Positions 1 to 9,446 of a DNA stretch of 64,000 bases are shown here, in pieces. The stretch is from Nitrospinota bacterium (GTDB lineage Bacteria > Nitrospinota_A > UBA7883 > JACRGQ01). Location of the stretch: positions 7,968 through 71,967 of the forward strand of contig JACQEX010000005.1 in the NCBI GenBank assembly GCA_016200345.1, in the 5' to 3' direction. The notes below the pieces were generated by a model that was not told the DNA's origin, made no database searches, and saw only the letters and a program-made list of their open reading frames with translations. The position numbers and the translations under genes were made by a program. Position 1 is the stretch's first letter. Every line of letters begins with the position of its first letter.

Positions 1-46
1 CGATGTCAACCCCGGCGGATCTGTATGTAACCTTGTCGTCCTTCAA
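1..46 (-). CDS. purM: Phosphoribosylformylglycinamidine cyclo-ligase, 5' end only (runs off window)
   Basis: TTG at 46-44 overlaps the pcm stop (TTGA) and reads [15 protein letters not shown], matching the PurM N-terminal Y-x-x-AGVDI motif. Only 15 codons are visible. Confidence 0.7.
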   Translation of the reverse strand, partial: MKDDKVTYRSAGVDI

Positions 47-723
47 TTTGCTCCGTTCTCCCCCCAGCCGTAACGCCCGACAAGCTTTACGAATGTGCAG
101 GGGGTGTCCTCGATGCTTTTAACCCCGTTTGCGTCTTTAACGACGGTGCGGAGCGCCTGCCCCGTTTCGCCGCCGACCGGAATAATCATCCGTCCGCCGT
201 CCGCCAACTGCTCGACCAACGGCGCCGGAACGTCCGGCCCCCCGGCCGACACTATTATCGCGTCGAACGGCGCGAAGTCCGACCAGCCGATGGTTCCGTC
301 GCCGACCTTCAGCGCCACGTTGTGCAGGCCGAGTGACTCGATGACCTTTCGCGCCTTGAACAACAGCGGGGCGATTCTTTCCACGGAGTATACACGACCG
401 GCAAGAAGACCCAAAACGGAGGTTTCATAGCCGGAGCCGGTTCCAATCTCCAAAATTTTCTCGTCCCCCTTCATGCCGAGCCTTTCACACATCAGCGCCA
501 CCATGTAAGGCTGGCTTATGGTCTGTTTTTCGCCGATGGGGAGGGGGAAGTCCTCATACGCGGTGGAGCGCATCGCCTCTTCCACGAAAAGGTGCCTCGG
601 CACGAGGCGCATCGCCTCCAGAACGCGAGCGTCGGTTATGCCCCGCTTTACCAACTGGGTCTCCACCATCTCAAGCCTCGGTTTTTTATAAAGGTCGTCG
701 CCGGTGTAACCGTTTAATTTCAT
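43..723 (-). CDS. pcm: Protein-L-isoaspartate O-methyltransferase
   Basis: 226 aa; [29 protein letters not shown] motif, GDGTIGW, PFDAIIV. Confidence 0.95.
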   Translation of the reverse strand: MKLNGYTGDDLYKKPRLEMVETQLVKRGITDARVLEAMRLVPRHLFVEEAMRSTAYEDFPLPIGEKQTISQPYMVALMCERLGMKGDEKILEIGTGSGYETSVLGLLAGRVYSVERIAPLLFKARKVIESLGLHNVALKVGDGTIGWSDFAPFDAIIVSAGGPDVPAPLVEQLADGGRMIIPVGGETGQALRTVVKDANGVKSIEDTPCTFVKLVGRYGWGENGAN

Positions 724-820
724 CGGGGTATTTTACTAGGAAAGTCGCGATTTTGCGCCGATTTACTCTCCTCTGAAGACGTATTATCACTTTAATGTTA
801 AACTGACGTCAGGAGGAAGC

Positions 821-1051
821 ATGGAACCGCAATCAGGACCGATTGAGCTAAAAGGGGAGGACTCAATATGGGTCTGCACCTGCATGCAGTCCGAGGTATG
901 GCCGATATGCGACGGCTCCCACCACACCTTCGGGGGGCAGGGGCCGGAGGAGGTTTTGCTCGACCCCGCAAAAACCTATAAAATTTGCCAGTGTTTTGAG
1001 ACCAAGACCAGGCCGTTTTGCGACGGCTCCCACCTAAAGAAAAACAAATAG
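821..1051 (+). CDS. Tandem CDGSH iron-sulfur domain protein (MiNT/CISD3-like)
   Basis: Two C-x-C-x2-(S/T)-x3-P-x-CDGSH motifs; GGAGG RBS. Confidence 0.9.
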   Translation: MEPQSGPIELKGEDSIWVCTCMQSEVWPICDGSHHTFGGQGPEEVLLDPAKTYKICQCFETKTRPFCDGSHLKKNK

Positions 1052-1113
1052 CGGGGCGTAGAATTTTTTTTGGTATATTGGCGGTGGGAAGGCATGACAG
1101 AGGTGACGCTATA

Positions 1114-1326
1114 ATGAAGATTGCAAAACTTTCCGATTTGTTCCTTGCCGCCGGTCTCTTATTTACCGCCGGCTGTTCATACGCCCCTTATCCGGACGGC
1201 GAGCCGAAAAACTACGTCGAGTGCATGGAAAAGAGCACGAAAAATTTCACGTCGTCGGAGATGGACAGGGAAAGGGTGGTAACGCTGACCGAAAAAGCCT
1301 GCACCGAAAAATTCCCCCACCAGTAA
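1114..1326 (+). CDS. Small lipoprotein of unknown function
   Basis: ATG 1114 after a GAGGTG RBS; MKIAKLSDLFLAAGLLFTAGC lipobox; two further Cys. Confidence 0.65.
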   Translation: MKIAKLSDLFLAAGLLFTAGCSYAPYPDGEPKNYVECMEKSTKNFTSSEMDRERVVTLTEKACTEKFPHQ

Positions 1327-1341
1327 TAATCGTTAGAGTAA

Positions 1342-2778
1342 TTATGTAAGGGTGTCCTTCACAAATTGAGACATTATGAGGTCTTGTAGGCGCAATCCCT
1401 TTTTCGCGTGTTTGTCTTCCAAACATAATTGTCCAAAGGCCGCCGATAAAAAGCTGGTTGGATAAAACTTAATTATTATTCGACCGTTTGATACCGTCTC
1501 GCTTTCCACTGAATAGGTTGAGACTATCGGAGAAAGTCCCAATTCCCCAGAGAATTCCAATGCGCCCTTTATTTCTCCATGGTTGCCAACAGGTCTGTCG
1601 GACCATTTTACCTCGATGCAATCATGCGGTTTGCCGTTGTGCAATATTACGAAATCAACCTCTCTGTCCTTCCAATTGGCGTAGCAGAGTTCTTTGTCCC
1701 AAAGGATTAACTGGCTGTGCACCGCAGTCTCCACCAACGCTCCGATAGCCTCGCTTTTTTCATCCACCGAGCCGAACATTGCCGCATACATGGAGGGGTT
1801 TGTCAGATAGACCTTAAAGTTTGCCTCCCTCTTGTACCGTTTCCCGGCTTGGTCAATCCGGTACAAGCGTTTTATTAAAAACGCCGCCTCAAGAAATTCT
1901 ATGTACCGTTTTAGTGTCGGTTTTTTCACCCCCGTGTTTTGGGAGAGTCCGTCCATTGAAACTATTTGCGCCGTGTTGAAAGCGAGATAAGTGAACAGCC
2001 TGTAAAGCTCCTGAACGTCCGTTATCCCGTAAAGACTGGGCAAGTCCCTGAGTAGTACCTTGTCAATGATGTCGCTTTGAATAAACCTAGACGGATTTTC
2101 TTGGATTTTTTGCGAAAATATTGCCTCGGGAAAACCGCCATAATTCAAATAATTTATGAAGTCTCTGTTTAAGGCTTCAATTTTATAATTTCTCCAAAGA
2201 ACCATCATTTTTTTCTGTAGGAAAAGAAATTCATAAAACAAAAGGGGAGGCAAAAGAAATTCTGTAAATCTTCCGGCGCCAGACTCATTGCTTTTTAGTT
2301 TTAAGGCCGCCGCCGCAGAACCGGAGGCGATGAACTTAACCGTTGGATAACTGTCCACGAGGGTCTTAAGATGCGCCTCCCAGTCTTTCAAATACTGAAT
2401 CTCGTCAAAAAAAACAAAAACTCCGGAAAGGCCCCGATTAAGTTTATCGCCAATAGCCAACTCCACCAATCGCTCCAAGCCAAGCCCGGTGTAGTTGGGC
2501 GAATCAATTGAGAGATAAATTATGTCCCTGGCCTCGGCCTTTTTTTCCTCCAAAAGTCTTTGGATTGCGTGGAAAATCATCACCGTTTTCCCCGCCCTTC
2601 TAGGGCCCATTAAAACCACCGCCCTGTTTATGGTCGTATTGGCGAAAAGATCGTAGAACAACGGGAGGTATGCTCTAGGTTTCATTTCTTTGTAGTCTTG
2701 AAAAATTGCAGATGTTATCCACCAAGGATTCTGTGAGCTAATTTTTTTCTTAATTTCAATATCCGTTATTTTTAGCAT
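1342..2778 (-). CDS. AAA_14 / DUF4143 ATP-binding protein
   Basis: Walker A GPRRAGKT, Walker B FFDEIQ, YLNYGGFPE, C-terminal EVDFV...IEVKW nuclease-like motif; AT-rich. Confidence 0.85.
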   Translation of the reverse strand: MLKITDIEIKKKISSQNPWWITSAIFQDYKEMKPRAYLPLFYDLFANTTINRAVVLMGPRRAGKTVMIFHAIQRLLEEKKAEARDIIYLSIDSPNYTGLGLERLVELAIGDKLNRGLSGVFVFFDEIQYLKDWEAHLKTLVDSYPTVKFIASGSAAAALKLKSNESGAGRFTEFLLPPLLFYEFLFLQKKMMVLWRNYKIEALNRDFINYLNYGGFPEAIFSQKIQENPSRFIQSDIIDKVLLRDLPSLYGITDVQELYRLFTYLAFNTAQIVSMDGLSQNTGVKKPTLKRYIEFLEAAFLIKRLYRIDQAGKRYKREANFKVYLTNPSMYAAMFGSVDEKSEAIGALVETAVHSQLILWDKELCYANWKDREVDFVILHNGKPHDCIEVKWSDRPVGNHGEIKGALEFSGELGLSPIVSTYSVESETVSNGRIIIKFYPTSFLSAAFGQLCLEDKHAKKGLRLQDLIMSQFVKDTLT

Positions 2779-2800
2779 TTTGCATATTCCTTATATTATT

Positions 2801-2860
2801 AAATAAGCACTTAAAACGTAGTCTAAAATATAAAATAAGCATTGTCAATAGTGCTTATTT
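2801..2860 (-). promoter_or_regulatory. Sigma70 promoter with overlapping inverted-repeat operator
   Basis: Minus strand TTGACA (2848-2843)-17 nt-TAGACT (2825-2820); AAATAAGCA at 2801 and 2833, inverse TGCTTATTT at 2852-2860. Confidence 0.6.
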
Positions 2861-2924
2861 AAAATATAGATATATATGACATTAAATCATTTAGTTACGT
2901 TCTAATATAATTTCAAAAAATCCG

Positions 2925-4619
2925 CTATGGAGAACCTGCGCTGATGGTGTAACTGCCGTACTCCGCCTTGGCAACCCCTTTTCCAGTGGCGCCGGTGTAC
3001 AGATATATGTCCGAGCTAACGTATGGCCTGTAAGGCTCGCAAAGCAGGTAGACGGTTTTTGTGCCGTTCGCCACCCAAACGATTTTCGAGGCGAGGTCGT
3101 TGTCCCCGTCCGTGTATGTGTTGTCCGGCGTCACGGCGTCGTTGTCCGCCTCGTAGTCGTCGTTCTGGGCCAGCATGGTCTTGCCGTCGGAGTCAAACAG
3201 GGTCAGCATCGTGTCGGCCCCGTCGCCGAGGCTCGACGTTGCAAACGTGTATTGAGACCCCGACCCGACGGAGATTGCATAATAATGTTTGGCGCCGGCC
3301 GGGAAAAAGTTGTGGACGGTCTGCGTGGTCCCGGGGGTTAGGGTGGTCAACGCGGTGCCGGTCGAACTGTGGGTGCCGTAGGCGTCGGCCACATACCTTA
3401 TCGTCCTGTCGCTTAAAATCGAGGCCATCTGGCCCGGATGGCCCGCGTTCCAGCCGTCGTAAAACCTGTCCAACGTCGCATATATGGCGCTTGTCATTCC
3501 CGGCAGGTATGTGGCAAAGGTGCTCCAAATGCTCCCGTCCGAAAGCCCAAGATAGGGGCTTGTGAGTGACGATCCGGTGGACGCATAAACGTGCCAAAGA
3601 ACGGTTGAGACCGCCAGTTCGTTGTCCGCTCCGGTGGCCTGTGACGAGTAACTCGGGCTGTCTATCTCAAACGCGAAGACCGTCCCGGAAAGCGGCGTTC
3701 CGTCGGCGTTGAGCCAGCCCGGAGTGTCCACGTACCATTTGGGGTAGTCCGCCCCGGTTATCGGCCTCAGGCTTCTGGACATGGCCGAAAAAAATGTAGC
3801 CCACCCCTCGGACCAAGTGAGCCGCAAATCGTAATGCATGTTTATGTAGTGCGCCCCACCGGGGGAGTTGTCCCTCGAATAGTTGGAGGCCGCGTAATGT
3901 CCCGTCTCGTGCATTACCACCGCGTCGTCGTACGCGTCGTTCCCCCCGGCGGCGACCGTGGACGCGCCGTAGACCGATATGGTGTTGCTACCGTTGGTGT
4001 AGTCGGTTCCGCTGTTCCCCTGGTACCAGACCCCCGTGACCCTTGACGGATAGCTTCCCGAGAGGAGGTGGTCAACGTCCTGCGCTCTTATAAGGCAGTC
4101 AAAGATGTTAAAGACGTTTCCCGCGTCGGAGTGGGAGGCCAGTAAATTCACTTTCCAAGACTGGCCCGAGGCGAATGTGAAATCGCTCGACCTAAGCGCG
4201 TAGGTCGCGGAGGCGTTGTCCACCACCGTCGCCGAATAGGGCGAGACCGCGTCGGAAAGTATGCGGACGTAAACCCCTCCCGTCACGGAGACGGAAGGAA
4301 ACGAATAGTAACCGGTGGAATCGCTCGTGGCGGTGGCTACGGCCGCGCCGTTTTGAACCAGTTCCACCCTGGCGTATCTAATCGGCGGCGCCGGGGAAAT
4401 CAGCCTGCCGGTGAGCCCCGACGAGTTCCATTCGAGTTTTTCATAAGTCGCCGTGCCGTAAATCGGCGAGGGGCCGCCGGGAGAGAGGGCCGGCGCGGTC
4501 AGCGAAACGCCGGGCGCCGAAGGGGATGCGACCGTCCCGCCGCTTGTCGAGCCGCTACAGGAGGAGAGCAGAGCGCACATCACCGCGGCAAGATACGCGC
4601 ATTTTTTAACGCGGTGCAT
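2925..4619 (-). CDS. Lipoprotein zinc metallopeptidase (HExxH...E) with C-terminal PPC-like domain
   Basis: Start reassigned to ATG 4619 (MHRVKKCAYLAAVMCALLSSC lipobox); HETGH plus downstream WSEGWA; DTMLTLFDSDG...NDD PPC-like motif; S/T/G rich. Confidence 0.75.
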   Translation of the reverse strand: MHRVKKCAYLAAVMCALLSSCSGSTSGGTVASPSAPGVSLTAPALSPGGPSPIYGTATYEKLEWNSSGLTGRLISPAPPIRYARVELVQNGAAVATATSDSTGYYSFPSVSVTGGVYVRILSDAVSPYSATVVDNASATYALRSSDFTFASGQSWKVNLLASHSDAGNVFNIFDCLIRAQDVDHLLSGSYPSRVTGVWYQGNSGTDYTNGSNTISVYGASTVAAGGNDAYDDAVVMHETGHYAASNYSRDNSPGGAHYINMHYDLRLTWSEGWATFFSAMSRSLRPITGADYPKWYVDTPGWLNADGTPLSGTVFAFEIDSPSYSSQATGADNELAVSTVLWHVYASTGSSLTSPYLGLSDGSIWSTFATYLPGMTSAIYATLDRFYDGWNAGHPGQMASILSDRTIRYVADAYGTHSSTGTALTTLTPGTTQTVHNFFPAGAKHYYAISVGSGSQYTFATSSLGDGADTMLTLFDSDGKTMLAQNDDYEADNDAVTPDNTYTDGDNDLASKIVWVANGTKTVYLLCEPYRPYVSSDIYLYTGATGKGVAKAEYGSYTISAGSP

Positions 4620-6303
4620 TGACCAGCTCAATGAGGGCGGAGTTGTCGTCCTCGTAAAGCGTTTTGCCGAATCGCGAGCTAAAATCTGCAAACACGTTCC
4701 ACGAGTCGCTCCGGGTTAAAAATTGTCTCATGACGCCCTTATTATAAATCACGTGGGTTATTTTTCTGGCGCCCAGCTCCCTGGCAATTTCGCCGGCGTC
4801 GGCATAGGGCTTTAAAAGCCTCATAAAAGTGATGCCGTCCCAGAAGGCGTCGTAATAATACGGCACGTCGCAATAATAAACTTGGTTCCCAAAAAAGACG
4901 AAATAGACCTTGTCCTTTTGGCCGAGGTGCGCGTTGGCGAACATCGTGGCGCCGTAGCCCGCCACCGTCTTTGACAAAAATTCTACGTTGGATTCCCTCC
5001 CCAAAAGCCGGTTCCAGCCCTCGAACCGCGAGGCCGCCAGCGCGTAGCCGCGCAGATCTAAAATCAATAGAAGCGCGGCGCCGCCAAGCGCTAGCGCCAC
5101 CCTTTTTTCCGCCAGCGCGGAGAGCCACCCCGCCGAGAGAAAAATCATGACTGGCAGTACCGGCAGATAATATCGTGCGGTTATGGCAAACAGCAGGCTG
5201 GCCGAGACCATAAAAAGTCCGGCGGAGGCCGCTAAAAATTTCCTGTCTCGGCCCGAAAAAAAGAACGGGGCGCAAAACATCCCAAAAATTAGGAGTAGTG
5301 GGTTAAGCCCGCCGTCGTACCCGCATTTGTTCCCCTCCTCCCCCTCGAAAAAAAGCCTGACGGGGGAGGCGAGGGCGTAGGCGAACGAATCCCCGCATAA
5401 GGCGACCCGTTCTTGCAACGGCCCGTGGAACATCGGGGCGGGGGCGGAGGGGTGTTCGTGGGCGAACCTAATCCACCACGGGGAGCAAAAAAATAGGGCG
5501 GCCAAAAACGAGGCTGACGCCACCTTAAGCCTTGGCGCCCATATGCGGCTCCTGAGGCAGTCGAGAAACAAAACCACGAGGATGCAGGCCAAAAACAGGC
5601 CGGCGTTGTACTTTATCGCGCTTGCCCCCGCCAGCGCCACGGCGCCTTTGTAGCCGTCCGCCGGGAGGTTTTCGCGCAGGTGGCGCCAAAAATAATATGC
5701 CCCGGCGCTGGAGAAAAATAGGACCGCCGGGTCGTTGTAGGCGGTCGTGGAAAGCCTGAAAAACAGCGGCTCCAAAAGTAGCGCACCGCCGGCAAAGATT
5801 CCCCATCCGGCTCCAAACTCCTCCTTTACCCAATGGGCCAAGACCAATGCGGTTCCGAGGTAAAAAAACGCGGGGAGGAACGAAACAGCCCGGTCCAGAC
5901 CGGCGTTTAAAAGCACCAGGTTAAATGGCAGGAGGGCGTTTGGGAACACGGAGCTTGGTTGAAACGGGATGGGAACCCACGCCCCGGCGTGGAGGATGTG
6001 CTTTGGGAGCGCTAGGTGGATGATGAGGTCGTCCCTAAAATACGGCGGAAGGGACGTCAGCCAAAAAACCCACGCCGCAAAAATCCCGAAGGCCGCCCTA
6101 GACCATGTCGGGAGCCCGAAAAATATCCCGCCCCTTGCGACGGTCCAAATTAGGGACGCCAGCCAGAGAAAAAGCAAAATCGAGCCGACGAGCAGGGCCG
6201 GTTTAAGCCCGGCCGTGTTTGCCATAGTGAACAGAAACACCCCCGCGACCGGCATGGAGATGAAAAGGAAAAATAACCTGTCAATTATCTGTTTGGACCC
6301 CAT
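4606..6303 (-). CDS. Polytopic membrane glycosyltransferase, GT-C (ArnT/PMT-like)
   Basis: 565 aa with many TM segments; RDDLIIHL acidic motif in the first loop; AYND, IKYN and RYYLP motifs. Confidence 0.7.
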   Translation of the reverse strand: MGSKQIIDRLFFLFISMPVAGVFLFTMANTAGLKPALLVGSILLFLWLASLIWTVARGGIFFGLPTWSRAAFGIFAAWVFWLTSLPPYFRDDLIIHLALPKHILHAGAWVPIPFQPSSVFPNALLPFNLVLLNAGLDRAVSFLPAFFYLGTALVLAHWVKEEFGAGWGIFAGGALLLEPLFFRLSTTAYNDPAVLFFSSAGAYYFWRHLRENLPADGYKGAVALAGASAIKYNAGLFLACILVVLFLDCLRSRIWAPRLKVASASFLAALFFCSPWWIRFAHEHPSAPAPMFHGPLQERVALCGDSFAYALASPVRLFFEGEEGNKCGYDGGLNPLLLIFGMFCAPFFFSGRDRKFLAASAGLFMVSASLLFAITARYYLPVLPVMIFLSAGWLSALAEKRVALALGGAALLLILDLRGYALAASRFEGWNRLLGRESNVEFLSKTVAGYGATMFANAHLGQKDKVYFVFFGNQVYYCDVPYYYDAFWDGITFMRLLKPYADAGEIARELGARKITHVIYNKGVMRQFLTRSDSWNVFADFSSRFGKTLYEDDNSALIELVNAPR

Positions 6304-6431
6304 TCCCCCAGTCTACCGCACCGAAGGCAAAACTTGGTAACTTGGCCGATTTGTGATACTGTTAGGGCTTAAGACTGAGACGCTGATGCAACAAGAGGGG
6401 CGACTTTTTATCACAATATTTTGAGGTAGGC

Positions 6432-6893
6432 ATGGAAATCCAAAAAAAGTTGGCGATAATGTCCGAAATCGCGCTGTTCGACGGGTTCTCGACCGAGGAA
6501 AAAACCGCCATCGCAAAATTGATGGAGGTCACCACGATTCAACCGGGCGACATTCTGATAAAAGAGGACAGCTACGGCAGTAGCATGTATTACGTCGTGC
6601 GCGGTCGCATAGAAATAAGGAAAAAATCCGACGACGGGAGGCACATTTTTCTAGCGCAATTGTCGCAGGGGAGCATGATAGGGGAACTGGCCATGGTGGA
6701 GAACGAGTCCTACCGTAGCGCAACCGCCGTGGCCCTGGAGGTGTGCGAACTGTTGACGCTTACGAGGACCGGGTTCGACGCAGTGTCAAAAACCATGCCC
6801 GGACTAGGGCTGGAGATGCTAAGGGAAATCGGAGCCAGCATAGCCTCCAGGTTGCGCAACGCAAACAGGAATTTCGCAAACCTCGGCAAATAG
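6432..6893 (+). CDS. Stand-alone cyclic-nucleotide-binding domain protein
   Basis: GELAM...RSATA phosphate-binding cassette; no HTH. Confidence 0.9.
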   Translation: MEIQKKLAIMSEIALFDGFSTEEKTAIAKLMEVTTIQPGDILIKEDSYGSSMYYVVRGRIEIRKKSDDGRHIFLAQLSQGSMIGELAMVENESYRSATAVALEVCELLTLTRTGFDAVSKTMPGLGLEMLREIGASIASRLRNANRNFANLGK

Positions 6894-6912
6894 TCTCGCA
6901 TAAGGGGGAGTT

Positions 6913-7371
6913 GTGGACTTGACGGAAAAAAAGGGGCTGATGATGGAGGTTCCTATTTTTGACCAACTCTCGCCGGACGAGCAGGAAATAGTGGCAAAAC
7001 GACTCGACGTTTCCAACCTTGGAAAGGGGGAGGTGCTGTTTAAGGAGGGGAGCCTCGGCAACACGCTCTACTACCTAATTTCGGGGAAGATGGAGGTCCA
7101 TAAGGCCTCCATGGACGGCAAGCAAACGGTTCTTTCGACCTTTTCGCGCGGTTCGATAATAGGGGAGCAGGCGTTGTTGGAACTGGAGCCGCGGCGCGGG
7201 GCCACGATGGTGGCCGTGGAGGATTGCAGGCTTTTTTTGCTTAACAGGAACGTTTTTGACGACATGGTCAACGATTATCCGCGCGTGGGCGTGGCCATTT
7301 TAAGGGGCGTCGGCAGAATGTTGTCGGAACGCCTGAGGACGATTAGCGGCAGGTTTGCGGACAGCAATTAG
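6913..7371 (+). CDS. Stand-alone cyclic-nucleotide-binding domain protein (paralog)
   Basis: GTG start; GEQAL...RRGAT cassette; no HTH. Confidence 0.9.
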   Translation: MDLTEKKGLMMEVPIFDQLSPDEQEIVAKRLDVSNLGKGEVLFKEGSLGNTLYYLISGKMEVHKASMDGKQTVLSTFSRGSIIGEQALLELEPRRGATMVAVEDCRLFLLNRNVFDDMVNDYPRVGVAILRGVGRMLSERLRTISGRFADSN

Positions 7372-7459
7372 CCCCGGCGCCCGGAAAGTTTTCGATAAAT
7401 TCACCGAACATCCCATTTCCGAAAGTGATACAATCCAACGCTTAGCGCGATTCTTGCGT

Positions 7460-7589
<130 letters not shown>

Positions 7590-7601
7590 GGGTAGTGATG
7601 C

Positions 7602-7799
7602 AGGGATTCGAAGGCGAGCTTGCGGCGCGCGCTGGAGCGAAGCGGAAGTGCGCCGGTAGCCGCTTAGGTATAACTCCCTATGCGGCGGACTGTGAGAGGG
7701 AGCGCAAAACAAACAGGACGTTTGTTTTAGCAAGCGAGGTGAGGTTACGCAGGAAAAAACGTGATGTTTTTTCCGTAGTAACCGTTAATCCCTCCCTCT
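7602..7799. other. tRNA-associated multi-hairpin element bounded by sequences derived from the tRNA 3' end
   Basis: 7602-7612 is the reverse complement of tRNA 7527-7537; 7787-7799 duplicates tRNA 7531-7543; four internal hairpins. Confidence 0.6.
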
Positions 7800-8451
7800 A
7801 TTTGGCAACTTTGATTATTCCGGCCTCGCTTGCGTTGGCGATGGCCTCGTGGCGGCAGGTGGCGTGAAGTTTGTCGTAAATGTTTTTCACGTGAGCGTTT
7901 ACGGTGTGCCAGCTAATTCCCCGGCTGACCGCAATCTCCTTGTAGGTGTGCCCTTCGCTGAGGCCGACGAGAACGGCCAGCTCGGTAATCGTCAATTCGT
8001 TCGTCTGCGAAATCCTTCGTCTTTGAAACTCCAGCACCGTGGCCCGCGCGATTCCCGAGCTCATAGGCGCCCCCCCGTTATGAAGATCCACGACATAATC
8101 CGCAATCCTCTCGTTGTCGTCACCCTTCACAAGATAGCCGTCCGCGCCGGCCTTGAATGCGATGAACGCCGCGTTGGTGTCCTTAAGGGCGGTGACGACC
8201 AATATCCGCGTGTTTTTAAGCCTCTCCCTGACTTTTAGAATCAGCTCTATTCCCGATATTCCCGGCAGGGCAAGATCCACCAAAAGAACGTCCGGCCTTA
8301 ATTTGTCCAGGCCTATCTCCCCGTCCTCCGCCGACGGGAAAATTCCGACGACCTCCATCCTGTCGTCATGCGCGAGGCTTACCTTAAGAAAATAGGAAAA
8401 CGCCTTGTCATCCTCGATTATAACAACGCTGATTTTTTTATTTTTCGACAC
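7798..8451 (-). CDS. NarL/LuxR-family response regulator
   Basis: REC domain (IIEDD, LVDLALP) plus LuxR HTH (YKEIA...WHTVNAHVKNIYDKL). Confidence 0.92.
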   Translation of the reverse strand: MSKNKKISVVIIEDDKAFSYFLKVSLAHDDRMEVVGIFPSAEDGEIGLDKLRPDVLLVDLALPGISGIELILKVRERLKNTRILVVTALKDTNAAFIAFKAGADGYLVKGDDNERIADYVVDLHNGGAPMSSGIARATVLEFQRRRISQTNELTITELAVLVGLSEGHTYKEIAVSRGISWHTVNAHVKNIYDKLHATCRHEAIANASEAGIIKVAK

Positions 8452-8680
8452 AAGTCACCTGAAACATGTTGTTGTCCGCCATTTTCACCAGAATGAACGG
8501 ATTATTATCGCTGACGCCATTATAATCAGATTGCGCTTATGTCGAATCCCTAATGTTAGGGATTGTAAAGAAAGCCTAAAAACCAAAGAATGAGTCAGGT
8601 TGGTTTCACGATGGCATTCGGACGTTTTCATAATCTTGGGGAGCAAACAGGCTGGTCGCCTTTTTTGGGAGGGAACGATT

Positions 8681-9055
8681 TTGTTTAAGGTGCTGGTGGT
8701 TGACGACGACCCGGTGCTTCGATACGCCCTCACTCTAACCCTGGAGGGGACGGGAAAATTCAAGGTCACAGAGGCCGTCAACGGCGAGGAGGGGCTTGTT
8801 TGCCTTGCGTCGGACGGCCAGATTCGCGCGATAATCACCGACTTCAAAATGCCGATAATGGACGGTCTGGAACTTATAAACAAGGTTCGTGCGACCGGCT
8901 CCAAAATCCCAATACTTATGGTCAGCTCCGATGACAGCGCGCAAACGAAAAACGACTCGAAAAAAATCGGCGCCACCGCCTTTATGTCAAAGACCAATTT
9001 TTCCCCCGAAAACCTATTGGCCTGGGTGGAAACGCATTTGCAAATGGAGGGCTGA
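8681..9055 (+). CDS. Single-domain response regulator (CheY-like)
   Basis: Probable TTG start at 8681 after GGAGG; VLVVDDD, ITDFKMP, VSS, MSK. Confidence 0.88.
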   Translation: MFKVLVVDDDPVLRYALTLTLEGTGKFKVTEAVNGEEGLVCLASDGQIRAIITDFKMPIMDGLELINKVRATGSKIPILMVSSDDSAQTKNDSKKIGATAFMSKTNFSPENLLAWVETHLQMEG

Positions 9056-9284
9056 AAAACCGCCTGACTCCGCCCCTTATAAAACCTAAAAGCCCGGCCC
9101 CAAATTTTTGTGAACTATAATTCGTTTCGACACAAATCGTAGCAAAATCATGAAGTTGCGCTAGTCCGTTCGCATATAATGACTGCATTTTCAATACATT
9201 AAACATCCACGTGACTCTTGGCCTTGGAATTGCAAAAGTCAAAGCTATTAGGGCCGATTTTTTCAATGTTTGGAGGGTTTTTTG

Positions 9285-9446
9285 ATGACAACTTTATTGA
9301 GGAAAGCCTGGCTGAGGTTCAAGGGGAGAAACGTCCCTTCTTTTTGCACAAAATGCCGGTACTTGGATTTCGAGAGCATGGGCTGTCCCAAAGGGGAGTG
9401 TTCCAAGCTAAATTCGGAGTGGGAATGCAGATATTTCGAATGGTGA
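9285..9446 (+). CDS. 53-aa cysteine-rich small protein (absent from ORF track)
   Basis: GGAGG RBS; MTTLLRKAWLRFKGRNVPSFCTKCRYLDFESMGCPKGECSKLNSEWECRYFEW; its stop overlaps a GTG (GTGA). Confidence 0.65.
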   Translation: MTTLLRKAWLRFKGRNVPSFCTKCRYLDFESMGCPKGECSKLNSEWECRYFEW

